Positions 14,720 through 26,995 of a DNA stretch of 64,000 nucleotides are shown piece after piece. How positions within the stretch are numbered: position 1 is the first letter of the stretch; each line of letters begins with the position of its first letter. Source of the stretch: Lama glama (Eukaryota); NCBI GenBank assembly GCA_028534125.1, contig CM052816.1:67272001-67336000 (forward strand), in the 5' to 3' direction. A program made the position numbers and the translations under genes. The notes below the pieces were generated by a model. The model saw only the letters and a list, made by a program, of their open reading frames with translations. It was not told where the DNA came from and searched no databases.

Positions 14720-14778
14720 AAGAAATGTCTTTTCAAAAATAATCACTAAAAAATAAAAAAGAAAGAAATGTCCTTTCA
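14720..14778 (+). mobile_element. 27-bp A-rich micro-insertion flanked by 16-bp direct repeats (putative TSDs)
   Basis: aagaaatgtcttttca (14720-14735) and aagaaatgtcctttca (14763-14778) flank aaaataatcactaaaaaataaaaaaga. Confidence 0.55.
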
Positions 14779-15943
14779 GAATGGAAAACTAGAATTTCCA
14801 AGTTTTAAACACTAGTTCTTGCTTAAAATATTTAACAATGGCAGTCTGTACCACCTTGTAAAAAATGCGTATGTGTTTTGCAAACATGTCTTATTAGTTA
14901 GAATTTTGGTTTTGTTTTACGTCTTTGTATAGAAATAATGAATTATATGGGTCAAAAATATCCATAAATACATTAAGCAATAGGGAAATAAAATACTCTA
15001 TCCTAAAATATACTGACAAATCTGGCAATCAGAACAGCCAATGCGAATTTCTTAACTACCCAATAGTCAACGTTTTAGTAACTCCATATTTTGTTTCCCT
15101 CATTAAATAAGCATAATGAAACAGCAGCATTCCATTAATATTGCTTATAAATCAACTGAATTTTCAGCTCAGAATAGAGTTCTGCTGATCAAACACATAT
15201 TTTAATGTTTACCTGGTCGAACTTCATTATACTTGTAAAACAGCAAAACTACTACAGATAAGGCCTAACTTCTAAAATGGAGAAAGAGATTGTAATTTCA
15301 AATTAATTAATGTCATTATGCCACAGTTTGACAAGGATAATTTTATTTCTATTGTTTAGCATAATAATACATGTCTTGAATAATTTCTGTAAGCTATGAT
15401 TTTAGATATTTCTCTCATCAAGGATTTCACTGTGGGAAAATACAGTTGCAACATTTTGGAAATGATAAATTCTAGTATCAGTACAGTAATTCCAATTTTA
15501 TTACTGGAAATATTTTGGAATAATTCTGTTTTATTATGTCCAGTAACTAGCAATACTTCTTTAAGCAAAGTGACTCTGATATACCAACATCTTAGAAAAT
15601 ATCAGTGTATCTTCCAATGTTAAAATTTTTTTAATGAATCCAATGATGATTTTCAACCAGTTTTAAGTACAAGCACATTTATTTCAGTCTATTCTGTGAC
15701 TTCTCATTATATGAATATCCACGATATTTGTATTTTTCAGGGTTTTTTTCATGAAATTTTAGAATTTTGGGGGGTTGCTTAGTAAAGCATTATCATAGTC
15801 TCTTCTTCTCTTTCCCTTTTAGTTAGGAAGCTTAAACTTGTGTTTTAATGTCTAAATTGGAGTTTTTAAGCACTTTTTTTGCATTTTTAAAACTTATCAA
15901 AGAATTTGATTGTTTCTTATTTTCTTTAATATAACACAAATTT

Positions 15944-16031
15944 GAAAAATTGTGCTCTACACTGGAATTTGACACAACCTTGTAAAATGATTATAAATTA
16001 ATAAAAAAAGTTTAAAATATATATATATAAC
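15944..16031 (+). mobile_element. Severely 5'-truncated young L1 3' tip
   Basis: gaaaaattgtgctctacactggaatttgacaca...ttataaattaataaaaaa is nearly identical to the L1 3' end at about 32118-32190 in this window. Imperfect aacacaa(a)ttt direct repeats flank it. Confidence 0.85.
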
Positions 16032-16124
16032 AACACAATTTTCAATGCATTTAACCAAAATTAATCTCCAAAGGCACTTTATTTTATAAGACTTAGAGTT
16101 TCCTTTCTCCTTTAATTAATGTTT

Positions 16125-16130
16125 AATAAA
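16125..16130 (+). terminator. Candidate distal polyadenylation signal for ACTBL2
   Basis: AATAAA followed by a T-rich downstream tract. Alternative AATAAA hexamers lie at 14752, 14987 and 16000. Confidence 0.35.
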
Positions 16131-17519
16131 TTAAAATTTCTTCATTCTTGCTTTTTCTATTATTTCCCCTCAATTATTCCCAAAGAAATGTAGAATGATC
16201 CAGAGACGATCACTTTTTATATGTGTGACCTATTCATCCGTATGTTATTCTACACCTCGTACCTTTGACCATGTAAACATTTAAAAAGGGAAAGATGGCT
16301 AGTAGATAAGATTATAAATTCCTTGTTAGGTTTTAGTGGATGAACTGGTCTTCAGGTAATTAGTAGGCAGAGATAATAGCAATAATAATAATATCTTGGA
16401 TTTATATGTGGCAATATTTTCTGTTCGTAGAGTAGTTCTCACAAACACTATGACCTACATTCTCAACTACCAGAAAAAAACATATCTCCCCATCCACAGA
16501 AAATTTCTGGGACAGGTAAAATGAACATCCAAGAGAGAGAACTATTGAGCCCTGGATCATTAACGGAAAATAGAAATTCCATAACACAAACAAATTTAAA
16601 CCTAGGGTCTTTGGATAGTCTTCTGTTCATCAACATTGACTGACTGATGGATAGATTTTATGAGGAAACACTCTATCTCGCAATTTTCTATTTTAGACTC
16701 CATGCCATCTTTCTAATTAATATAATTATCTTGGTATTCACCAGTGGTTCACCAGATGGCACGGTACTGAGACAGCCTTCACAGATGAAACTAACGCTAC
16801 TGTAAGTGACTCCCACCCTCCCTCAATGATCCACCCTGAGTAGCAATGTAGGGCTGGGGCTGCATCACAGTCCCCTCAAAATGATTACTTCCTAATCGCA
16901 GGTAACATTTTTCTGAAATGCACATATCCAAAGCCAATACCTACACTTCTTCCCTAACTTTCAGATGTGCTTATTTTTCAATCGTGAGATAAAGCCGTAC
17001 GGACACAGGTTGAGCCTCACACTCTGTAATAGAGAAGAGTCTAGAAATGAGCACATTTTCCAGATAATCAAAGAATAATCTTTTGAGGTGACAGGGCCTT
17101 ACCAATATTTATTCACTCATTTTGCAGCTATATTCAATGCCCTATGCTAGAATTTACTAGAGAAGTGGAGTAAAATTCAGGGATGTTGGGGAATTTACAA
17201 CCCAGTAATGAGGGAAGTCACATGCAGTGGAAAACAGTGTGATCTAAGGGTGGTTCATGGACCAAACATGGTCCTCGGTACTATGATAATTCTCATAAGG
17301 ACAGTTCAAGCCAGGGTGATTGAAGGAGGGTTCAGAGAGTAGATGAAGTCCCTGAGTTAAGTTTTAAAGCACACACAAGTTGTACTTCTGAACATAATAT
17401 CTTTCCTTAGATGGTTTAGGCACCATTATGATCACTATTTATTGGGTTGGTAAGGCAGTTAATTCGTATTTTGAATGTCTCCATTAAAATATGCCAGAAA
17501 CTGTAAAAGAAGTGCGTAA

Positions 17520-17820
17520 AATTTAAGGCTCAGTTAAATTATGACCTCTTCTACAGAGCCTTTTCTAGCCTTCCTTCCCCCTTTTCCAAGGAAAAGTGAT
17601 AAGTTCCTCCTTGGTGCTCCCACTCTATCATTTGCATGCATACAGTATCGCACCCATAACACATGTCCACACTCTCCCACCCTCACCCATCAGTGAGCAC
17701 CTGGAGGACAAAGACAGGGACAGTATTTATCCACCTTTGAACCTTCCAGGATTTTCTTAATGTCAGGCACGTAGGATTAACTCAGTAAGCACAGTTTGAA
17801 TGAATAAACGAGTGAATTCA
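17520..17820 (+). mobile_element. L2 3' end fragment
   Basis: gtgagcacctggaggacaaagac...atgtcaggcacgtagg...gtttgaatgaataaacgagtgaa resembles the L2 terminus with its TGAA tail. Confidence 0.5.
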
Positions 17821-18124
17821 TAGAGTCTGATTTACATCATGAACACCACTGTTCTGCATTATTCTTACTGTGCTACTTCTTACCACTGTATTCTCAGCTC
17901 CTGTCTGTTAGTGTCTGTCACTTTTGTTGTGTTCTTTTCCCTCTGAGGCATGTTTTTTTCTTTTTCATTTTTTTTTTGTCTCTTTCCTTTCCCATTCACT
18001 TCTCCTATGCCTCTCAACCTACAGAGCTGGATTTTTAAAGTTTTTGCTTGTCAATAAAAGTTTCCCACTCTTCTGATCATGTTGTGGAGGGTGAGATAGC
18101 CATGCTGCTGCTGAAATTTTAGTT

Positions 18125-18202
18125 CAAAAAGAAAGAGAGAAGAAGAAAGGAAGAGGAAAGAGAGAAAGAGAGAAAGAAAGAGAGAAAGAGAAAGAAAGAA
18201 AG

Positions 18203-18261
<59 letters not shown>

Positions 18262-18327
18262 GGAACAAAGAGAGAAAGAAAGAGAGAGAGGGAGAGAGGG
18301 AGAGAGGGAAAGAATGAGAAAGAAAAG
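18125..18327. repeat. Compound (GAAA)n/(GA)n polypurine microsatellite
   Basis: About 200 bp of near-pure purines with a long perfect GAAA run. Confidence 0.95.
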
Positions 18328-20239
18328 AGGGCCCTTCAGTGAGCACAATAGTATATTCAGCTCTTCTAATCTACTCACATTCTTTCTGGTATTTTTCTCT
18401 CTTTTTCTAAACTCCAAATTGCTCTAGAGGTGTGTTTCAGGCATCTGAGTCCCTAATAACTCAAACATTATAATATATTGAAAAGTCCACTTTTCTGTTA
18501 AGTATTCACAGCCTCCTTCCAGAATTTACAAAGGATTCTTTTCAAAAACTGTTGTTTGAAGTTAGGAACTAAGCATGTGGTTTGCCCAATAGTGCTTCCA
18601 GATGTTGAGAAGTATAGTTGGAATGTCTTTAGGGACATATATATGTATCAAGAGAGAGACTGCTCATTAAAATTAATTGATACTTTAAGACTTCCTTTTT
18701 AAATATGAAAGGATCTGTCTGAACTATAGCTATCATTTTTTTTTAAAAGCTAACACCATAAGTAATCAAAACTATAGAGGCTCCTGGAGCTGCCGGCCTT
18801 GTTTTTCATCCCATTCCAAATCTGCTGTTTCAACTACCTTAAAATTTTAGATTCAGTTAAATCTAGTCAACAGACATGCCAGTATGATATGATGACAGAT
18901 ATTTTATCTAGACAACACCCTAACACCACTTGAAAAATGGAAAATCTTATTTAATTGGCTATCTGACAACATGTAAGTCAAAAGCCAAGTTGCTCTCTCT
19001 GGAATTGGGACTGAGGCATTTATAACCATATACATGCCATATGTCACAGTGTCTAGTGAAGAAGGGAGAAGATATGATACACAGACACAGCAAGAAGGAT
19101 TCAAGTTTCACTCATACCTCCTTCATGGGGGTATTGCAGTAAGAGAGGTTTTTCCTAGCTACTTTACCCGTTGGGGGTGAACAGAGAAAGCCAGACACCA
19201 ACATGGTCATGACTCCTGTATATTCTCTATGACCCACTGAGAACAGCCCCAAATATCATCCCCTATTCTTTTCAGTGAGAATTAGTAGCTATTCAACATT
19301 GTTTATTTTTTCCATATCTAGATCATGAGGGAAAAGCTGACCCCAATAATGAAGACAAAGTTATGTTCACCAGCGAGAATTCTGGGACCCTCTAGGACAA
19401 TCCACAGTGTTTATAGTTCAGATATGGAAGGTTTCCACAGAAACACAAGCTTTTTATAAATCTTCAATTACCTAACTAATAAGAGACTACTGTATCTGAA
19501 ATCTATAACTTCTAGATAATGTGTTGATAAAATGCCAGAAGAAATAATAAATGTGTCTCTATTTATTATAAAAAATGATATTAATGATGAGAATGAAAAC
19601 ATTACATCCTTGGCTAAATAGTCAATTTTATCAAAATGGAAGAAATTATCTGCAGCCAAATAAATACAAAATATACAACTTTTAAATTTTGATGGACTCA
19701 GAGAAACAAAAGTTGAAACAGAGAAAAAGAAAGCATATCAATAAAAAACAAGAGACTATAAAAATAACAAGAACATTCTTCCCATTTACTCGGTCTCAGA
19801 ACTACTTTATTAATGTTTGACACTAGGTGTGGCAGTTAATGATTTGACTAATCAGCCAAAACTACAAATAACAAAAAATAAAATTATCAAATCTCTACAG
19901 CAGTGTGAAATATAAATCAACAAAACTTTGTGACCAGTTGGAATATCAGGGAGAAGGAGAAAAGAGAAAGAAGGATTTTAGACTATAAATGGTGCCTATC
20001 AGTATGTTTAAACTATCACCAATTTGAGTAGTTATTACTTTCATATTTGAGTCACTGTGGCCAAGAATTATAGCCTGCCTCCTTGACTGCTCTTCCAACA
20101 TTGGCCCCATAACGGGACTGACCATCCACAGAGTCAGGAAGGCTGGATGGTTATGTTAGACACTGATTACCTCATTTGGTTTTTGCTTGACTTTTAGCTA
20201 ACCAGCAACTGAGCACTTCTTTAATTTAGCAACTATTCC

Positions 20240-20638
20240 CTTTTGTGTGAATGCGAACAGGAGGCAAGGCCCAGTCTCATACTCATTCACTAGCAGGAAG
20301 AGCCTGGACTCAGTCTATCAAGTGCTCCAATCTGAGATTTTGACACTTGGAATCTGAGAAAGTGGCCCAAATATACAAGAACTATTGAGAAATTATTCAC
20401 AGCCTCAGTGACACAGGGGGGCCACCAATGGCTATGGCATGGTCCCATGGTAGAATCCTAACAGACTACTGGCATGACTTTAGCTAATTTTCTTACTTTC
20501 TAGACTCTTCACTTAGTTTCTATTTTTCCAAAGATGGAATTTGTGAGCTACTCATCATTCTTCCAGAAATTTCCTTTCTGGCTTGAACTATCTAAAGGCA
20601 ATTTCTGTTACTTAAAATCAAGTATGCTGATTGAAACA
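20240..20638 (+). mobile_element. ERVL-class LTR (5' LTR of the following internal fragment)
   Basis: Ends ...ttcttccagaaatttcctttctggcttgaactatc...ttctgttacttaaaatcaag...ctgattgaaACA. It is followed by aattttgatacca, which resembles the ERVL internal start (ttttggtacca). The 5' boundary is uncertain. Confidence 0.45.
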
Positions 20639-22430
20639 AATTTTGATACCACGGAATGAAATTGCAAGTAATAGACCCTTAGAGAAATGGGCTAATCTAG
20701 GATTGATCACCTGGCCCAATTCAGGCTGAAGGCAGTAAAAATACCTCTAGAATTCATAAAGGGAATCTCGCAGCTCATGGCAAACAGTGGAGAAATAGTT
20801 CATTAAAATATCTCCTGGGATAACTTGAAATGAAGTGCTTTATGAGGGCCAGGCTATGGGGGACTAAGCTTTCACTGCCATGAAACAATATAAAGGATAT
20901 GAGTAATTCTGTGGAGAGGGGTGGATGGCTTCTTCTATTGGCTCTGACCAGTTTAAAAGAGAAAATAACAGTCAGAATCACTAAATATATCTCAAAACAC
21001 AGACTGAGCTAAAAGAATCTTTTATCTCTTAGAGGCATAAAGTTGAAGTACCTAAAAAACAAACTCCACTGATCGAATTCACAGATCCATCAGGATTTTC
21101 ATGTTACACGTAGAGCAGTGGTGGAAAAGGATGGGTTCCAAGAAATGGAGTGGAGCTATTTAGGAAAATTTGAGAATTAGGAGACTCCAAACATCCAGCC
21201 ACACCCTTTATAGCCAAAGCAACCTCTTTTCCTCATCTAATGAGGCCTTTACCATTTTGTTGCACAAATATGAATGAAACAGCCTTAGTTGATGGAGGTA
21301 CCTGGAAAGGAAAGGCTACTTTTATCAGTTAGGGTCCTTGGAGATAACATATAGAATACCCAAAGGGTTTTAACTAAAGAGAATTCAATTTACAACTAAT
21401 TACAGAGGTCTAGGCAGGATTAAGGAACCAAGAAGGGATGATGAGGCACTCTGTGCTAACAACAGCAGGAAGTCATTATCATCACTAAGCCCAAAGGAGC
21501 AACAAAAGGGAGCCGTGTGACCAGAACCCTGGGAAGAAGGCCACCCAATAGGAGCTATGGTTATAGAGGAATACAGTCCCAGCCAGGACCCTGGCAAAAG
21601 AGGAAAGAAAAGGGGAAAATAAATACTCTGAACTCTCTTCCCCTTCACTGCCTAAAATCCTCTGTTTCCCACTGACCTAAACCAATAGGGAGCCAGAAGT
21701 CAAAAGAGGCCAGGTGACATAGTCCTGGAGGTCAGCCTGAGAAAGCACCTAGCAAGACAGAGAAGACAAAGAACCAACGGGAAGGAGCAAACACATAAAG
21801 AGCAGTACACAGTTTCTTCTCATGCCCTACTCCACAGTCACCTCTGCTATTTCTAGACCCAAAGTCACATCCCAGCACACCTAAGGGTACCCACTTCTGA
21901 AGTCAAAAATCTGGAGGAAAGGGCTCACATGCACAAAAGATATTGTAGGACTTTGCTGATCTCTTTAGATAAAAATCTTGAAAATCTGTGTACAAGGAGG
22001 GCTCTGCTGTTTGTAAAGAGAAAAACTTGATTTAAAAAAAAAAAGGTGCTCTACCAAAGAGGGGAAAGCATAATTTTACATTAGGCTGAAGTTATACTTC
22101 TGAGTTTTCTTAGTAAGGGTACTGCATTTAACATGACAGCTTCAATAACTGCTCGCGGTTCTAACTGTGTGCTGCAATAATTGATGGAAACGTGGACTAA
22201 GTGCTGGGCTCCATTAGGTGAAGTTAGATGCTGGAAATTCCGTACTATAATACTGAGGAAGGAATCCAAAGATTTTGCAAGATAGAAATGACAGACTAGA
22301 TTGCTCATATGCTCCCTCTCCCACCCTCCCTAATCATGTTTTCCTAGGAAACCTACAGTGTATACCCTTCCCCAAGACCTTAGGAAAGACATTGGTTGGA
22401 CCCTGCAGCATTATTAAATGATTTTTATTT
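20639..22430 (+). mobile_element. Decayed ERVL internal region (gag), interrupted by an LTR
   Basis: Translation from 22157 gives GSNCVLQ*LMETWTKCW and from 22255 gives EEGIQRFCKIEM. These resemble ERV-L gag (GSNSL.GWL.ETW.KRW; EEGIQRLREIGM, recalled). Multiple stops are present. Confidence 0.7.
21322..21810 (-). mobile_element. Solo LTR (LTR33/LTR41-like) nested antisense in the ERVL internal region
   Basis: ttaaggaaccaagaagggatgatgaggcac...aacagcaggaagtcattatc and gaggtcagcct...gagcaaac...cagtaca resemble the reverse complement of LTR33-type LTRs. Confidence 0.5.
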
Positions 22431-23972
22431 GGTGTGCTGTTCAGTGCGGCACGTTTCCCAGGTTTTTAGATGAGGACCCACACCGTGAGAAGATGACTGT
22501 AACTTGAGGGTGATGTGCTTCACGTGGATTCTCTAGGCAGATGGAATAGAATTTCAGTTGAAAGTGAACATGTGCTTAGAACTTTTAAAGCATCAACCAC
22601 TCACATCAGTGAAGTCTGTTCTCTTTGGAAATACAATGTGAGAAAATTTTTGACATTTGAAATTTTTATTTCCAGCCCCAGCAATATTAAGGCTTACAGC
22701 TTTAGAAAGGAAACACATGCTTCCAAATGTGATGAAATATCAGGCCACTCTAGGGAATATGCTTAAGTAATTTAATATGATTTTAACAAGTCTTAAGGGA
22801 ATAGATAATCTGAATAATTCATCCTCTCTCGTCCCCAAAAAACTGTAGCATTTCCACTAATTTTTTAATTCATTTAATATTGACCCATTATACACCACCA
22901 AGATTAATATAATAAGAGATAACATATTTAGTTATACTTGATTTATTTTAGGAAATAAAAAATGGTAAAAAGAAGCAACTCTTCTGCAGAATCATTCTAG
23001 AAAGACTAATAAGACTATCCATAAAAAATCTAAGTCCAATAAAACTAAGAAATAATTCAACTCTCATCACTAGGCTTTAATTTAAATGACAGAACAGATT
23101 GAGTACTTTGAACTGAATGGAAAAATTAAATCTAAGGAAATTATATAAAGTAGGTTGACACTGTATCAAATTTTTGAGTTTTCAATAAAAGTGCTCAAAC
23201 CAGGTCAAGATTATCATTTTAATTCTCTAAGTCCAGACAATTTCAAAAATGATTGCTCCTGGACTGATGATGGAACTTCCCACTTCTCATATTTGCTAAA
23301 TGATTTGAATAAATCTCTCATCACAATGCTTTCTCAGAAATCTCAGACAGGACACATTGTGTCTTTCAGTTCTGAGTCAATATACACATCTGTTCAGTCT
23401 ACCAAGACATCCCATGTCCTTGGCCGGAATAATAAAATAAGAACTAGAAAAGAGGATGATGAAATTGACTTCTGGTAGCTTCTCCAAACTCTTATATGGA
23501 GTGCATGCAAAAGTGCTCTGACACCATCTGGCTAGCATGAAATTTCTAACAGCTCCTTAGAATTTCAAAAAATCCACAATAATACAAAACATACATTTCA
23601 GAGAATTAAAAAGACTTGTTTCTGAAGCCTTTCAGTTTGCTCCAAATCACAATGTAAGTTATAAACAACAGGGCATCTCCCTTTAATTACATGTACCATG
23701 TATGTTTCTAGAATTTAATGACTTCTTTTTCACAAGCACTCCCATACCTTTTAGAATGACTGCTTGTTATTAAAACATCTAAGTTTAGCTCTTTGTTTTT
23801 TGGTTTCAAAACCAGAACGCTACTAGGAGAGACATGGTCAATGCAGAGTAGGCTGCAAACAGGTGTAAATCCAAAGAAGCTCTTCAGGGTTATTTTTAAA
23901 AGACTTCACACTTTTAAAAATATATTATTCAGTTACTAAGTTACAGATTAACTATGATTAAGAAGTCATGTT

Positions 23973-24249
23973 AATAGAAAACAAATTTATGGTTACTTGG
24001 GGGAGAGGGGGATAGAGGGATAAATTGGGAGTTTGGAATTTGTAGATACTAACTACTATATATAAAAGAGATGAACAATAAGACCCTACTGTATAGCACA
24101 GAGAACTATATTCAATACGTTGTAATGGGCTACAATGAAAAAGAATATGAAAAGGGATATGTGTATGTGTGTGTGTGTATGAATCACTATGCTGTACACC
24201 AGAAATTGATACAACATTCTAAACCAACCAGACTTCAATAAAAAAAAAA
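23973..24249 (+). mobile_element. L1 3' UTR fragment with poly(A)
   Basis: atagaaaacaaatttatggttac...gggataaattgggagtttgg...ctgtatagcacagagaactatattcaat...cttcaataaaaaaaaa. Diverged TSDs: aagaagtcatgtt / aaaaagtcacatt. Confidence 0.85.
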
Positions 24250-25825
24250 GTCACATTGGAGCCAACCCTTCCCCATGCTTTCAGGAAATGAAGGAACACA
24301 CCAGGGCTGCCATTAGTAGCGACTCTGTCAAAGGGTCTGCGATAAATCAGACAACGGGACTATGTGCTGTGACATGAAGGACACACATTGAACATCTGTG
24401 AGATTACGGACATAACTCTAACAGTGCCTTCACAAATTTGATTTGACTATTTATTTATATAACCTACTTCTTGAAAGAAAAACACGTTCTGACCTAATTC
24501 TTTTTTAATCGCTTTGTATTCTCCAACCAGCTAATGTGGTAAGGGGTTACAGAGGGAGGGGAAGAGGAGGGTGAATGGGAGAAAATGTTGCTTCTCCCTT
24601 CTTGCCATACTGTCCCAGGACGTTGGCACTCCTGAAACACAGGTCCGAGGGAGAGCATGGCCTGCTGGATGGTCTATCCATTTCCTACCTTCTTTTCCCA
24701 ACTCTGTTCTCTCATGTCAGACACCTCCTCCTACCTCAAATATTACCTTCAGTCTGTCATCACATTCTCACAACCACCACCAATTCCAAAGCAACACTCA
24801 CTCCCGTAACTTCCACCATCATTTACTATCTTTTCCAGTCCCTCCTTTAGGAGATGAAGGCAGTTCATGAATTACAAAGTCCTACCTACTGGACTACCCA
24901 CAGAAACCAACTCGGTTTTGACATAAGAGTTTGAATTCCAATATTACTTAAATAACCAAAATCTTTCCAAGACTTAAGCCTGCTTTGTAACTGTGTCTAA
25001 AGAAACAACAAAAACAAGCAAACAAAAAACCCTGGTTCTTCTTTGTGCTTACAGACAGAACTGCTGAGATTTGGATATGTAGCATGTAATTAATTACCAG
25101 AGCTGCTCTACTCTCACCTGTCATTATCGGTTCTTTTTATCTTGAAAGAGGGCAAGTGTCACACTACGAAGAGGGTCATGATATTTCAAAAGAACTTCAA
25201 ACTCAATATGAGAAATGCAATTTGTAAAACTGCTTCTGTTTTACTACAGATCAGAGGGCTACACATTCTGCGGCACTCGGGTATCCAGCAGCTGTTGAAC
25301 ACCTGATCATTACAGTGAAATGGTACATGTGCGATTTACCTGTTACAGCACCTGAGCTGAAGGTAACTGAGCCCTTGGCCGGGTATAATGGAAGCAATAA
25401 CCCACCTGCCAGGAAGCTAATTTCACCTAGGCTGCCTCTGCTTAATCCTAGGGTTGACAGTCTCCAGTGTCACCAAGCTCCTAGGTTCCACTTCTTCTAC
25501 TGCATGTCCCCAGATCCTAGGGGTGAAAAGGATTAACTGGCACAGTGAAACACATTCACATCATAAAGGAATTTCATTCTAAAATCCTCATGTCCATGAC
25601 ATGCTTCTCTCAGGAAAAGCATTTTGGATTCTTCCCTGCAGGTGAGCATCCCATGGGAAAATTAATTATCGCTGATGCCTCCCCTACTCTGGCTTCAAAG
25701 GGGCCATTTCCCCTTTACCACCTTGACCCAAATATAGTCATTTAACTCCTCTGGCAAGTCTGCAGCACAGCTAAACTATGGCACACATGAAATGCTTATA
25801 GAGGCTTTATTTAAGGCTTGGGGGG

Positions 25826-26177
25826 CAAAGGAAGAGAAAGAAAAATACCATATGATATCATCCATTTGTGGAATCTAAAACAAAAAAAAAAGAAAGAAAA
25901 AAGAAAACACTAATGAACTTACCTACAAAATGGAAGGAGACTTACAGACATAGTAAACAAACTTACCAGTGTGGGGAGGGTGGGGCAAGGGGATGGGGAG
26001 GGATAAACTGGGAGTTCAAGATTCGTGAATATTAACTACTATATATAAGATAGATTTAAAAAATTCCTTCTGTATAGCACAGGGAACTATATTCAGTATC
26101 TTGTAGTAACCTACAATGAAAAAGAATATGAACACGGAAAAATAAAAAAATTAAACTGTAATTGTAAAAAAAAAAAA
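25826..26177 (+). mobile_element. L1 3' end fragment with poly(A)
   Basis: gagaaagaaaaataccatatgatatc...tgtggaatctaaa...gtatagcacagggaactatattcag...poly(A). TSDs: aaggcttgggggg / aaggctgggaggg. Confidence 0.85.
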
Positions 26178-26555
26178 AAGGCTGGGAGGGAAGAGGCAAG
26201 AAGTGTCTCAGCACAGAGGTGCATACAGTTAAATAATCAGGTTTCCCATTTAAGGCAAGTTCCTCAGAAGCCAACAGCTGGTCTATCACACTGGGTCCCC
26301 TGCACAGCTGCCTGTCTGCCTGGCTCACTGAGACATCCGTTGGACAGAGGCTCTCTTTTCCCTTAAAACACTGAACAGCACTTTGGGACTTCCCAAAATC
26401 CAAGTCCAAAAAAATGAAGCCACAGTGTGTGTTAGTGGGAATTGGAAAATGGTTTGGGTTAATCATAAAAAAAAGGAAGCATCCCAAAGGCAGTGGGTTG
26501 AGGCTATGATTTGAAGGAGGCAAGAGGTGATTATAATGGATTGGAAGGGGTAGGG

Positions 26556-26995
26556 GATACCTGTTTCCTGCTGCTGTCATAACAAATTACCACAATTTAG
26601 TGACAAACCAACACACGTTTATCATCTTGCAATTCTGGAGGTCAGGAATCTAAACTAGTTGGCAGGGATCTAAAATGGTTCCTTCTAGAGACTCTTGGGA
26701 AGAATCTATTCTTTGCCTGTTCTAGCTTCCATGGCCCAGGGCCCTCTTCTCCCTTCACAGCCAGAGTTTGTATCACTCCGACCTTTGCTGCCGTCCTCAC
26801 ATCTCCTCCTCCGCCTCTCCTGCATCCCTCTCTCACTTTTAAAAACTCTGAAATTATAACTGGAAAACCCATGATAATCCCCATCTCAACAGCACATCTG
26901 AAAAACTCCTTTGCCACTTAAATTAAGATATTCATTTGTTCTGGGGATGAGGACGTGGATATTGTGCAGGGGTGGGGCATTATTCTGCCCACCAT
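26556..26995 (-). mobile_element. MaLR LTR (MLT1C/D-like)
   Basis: tttcctgctgctgtcataacaaattaccacaa...ttctggaggtcaggaatct...ggggcattattctgcccacca is the reverse complement of an MLT1 LTR. Confidence 0.7.

Noticed and set aside
18119..18417. Leu/Ser/Phe-rich 'membrane protein' ORFs
   Set aside because: They are translations of the (TTTC)n microsatellite strand.
26056..26580. 174-aa minus-strand ORF (and the 169-aa ORF at 55085-55594)
   Set aside because: The first runs from an MLT1 edge into an antisense L1 tail. Neither shows a recognisable domain, and both are consistent with chance ORFs.
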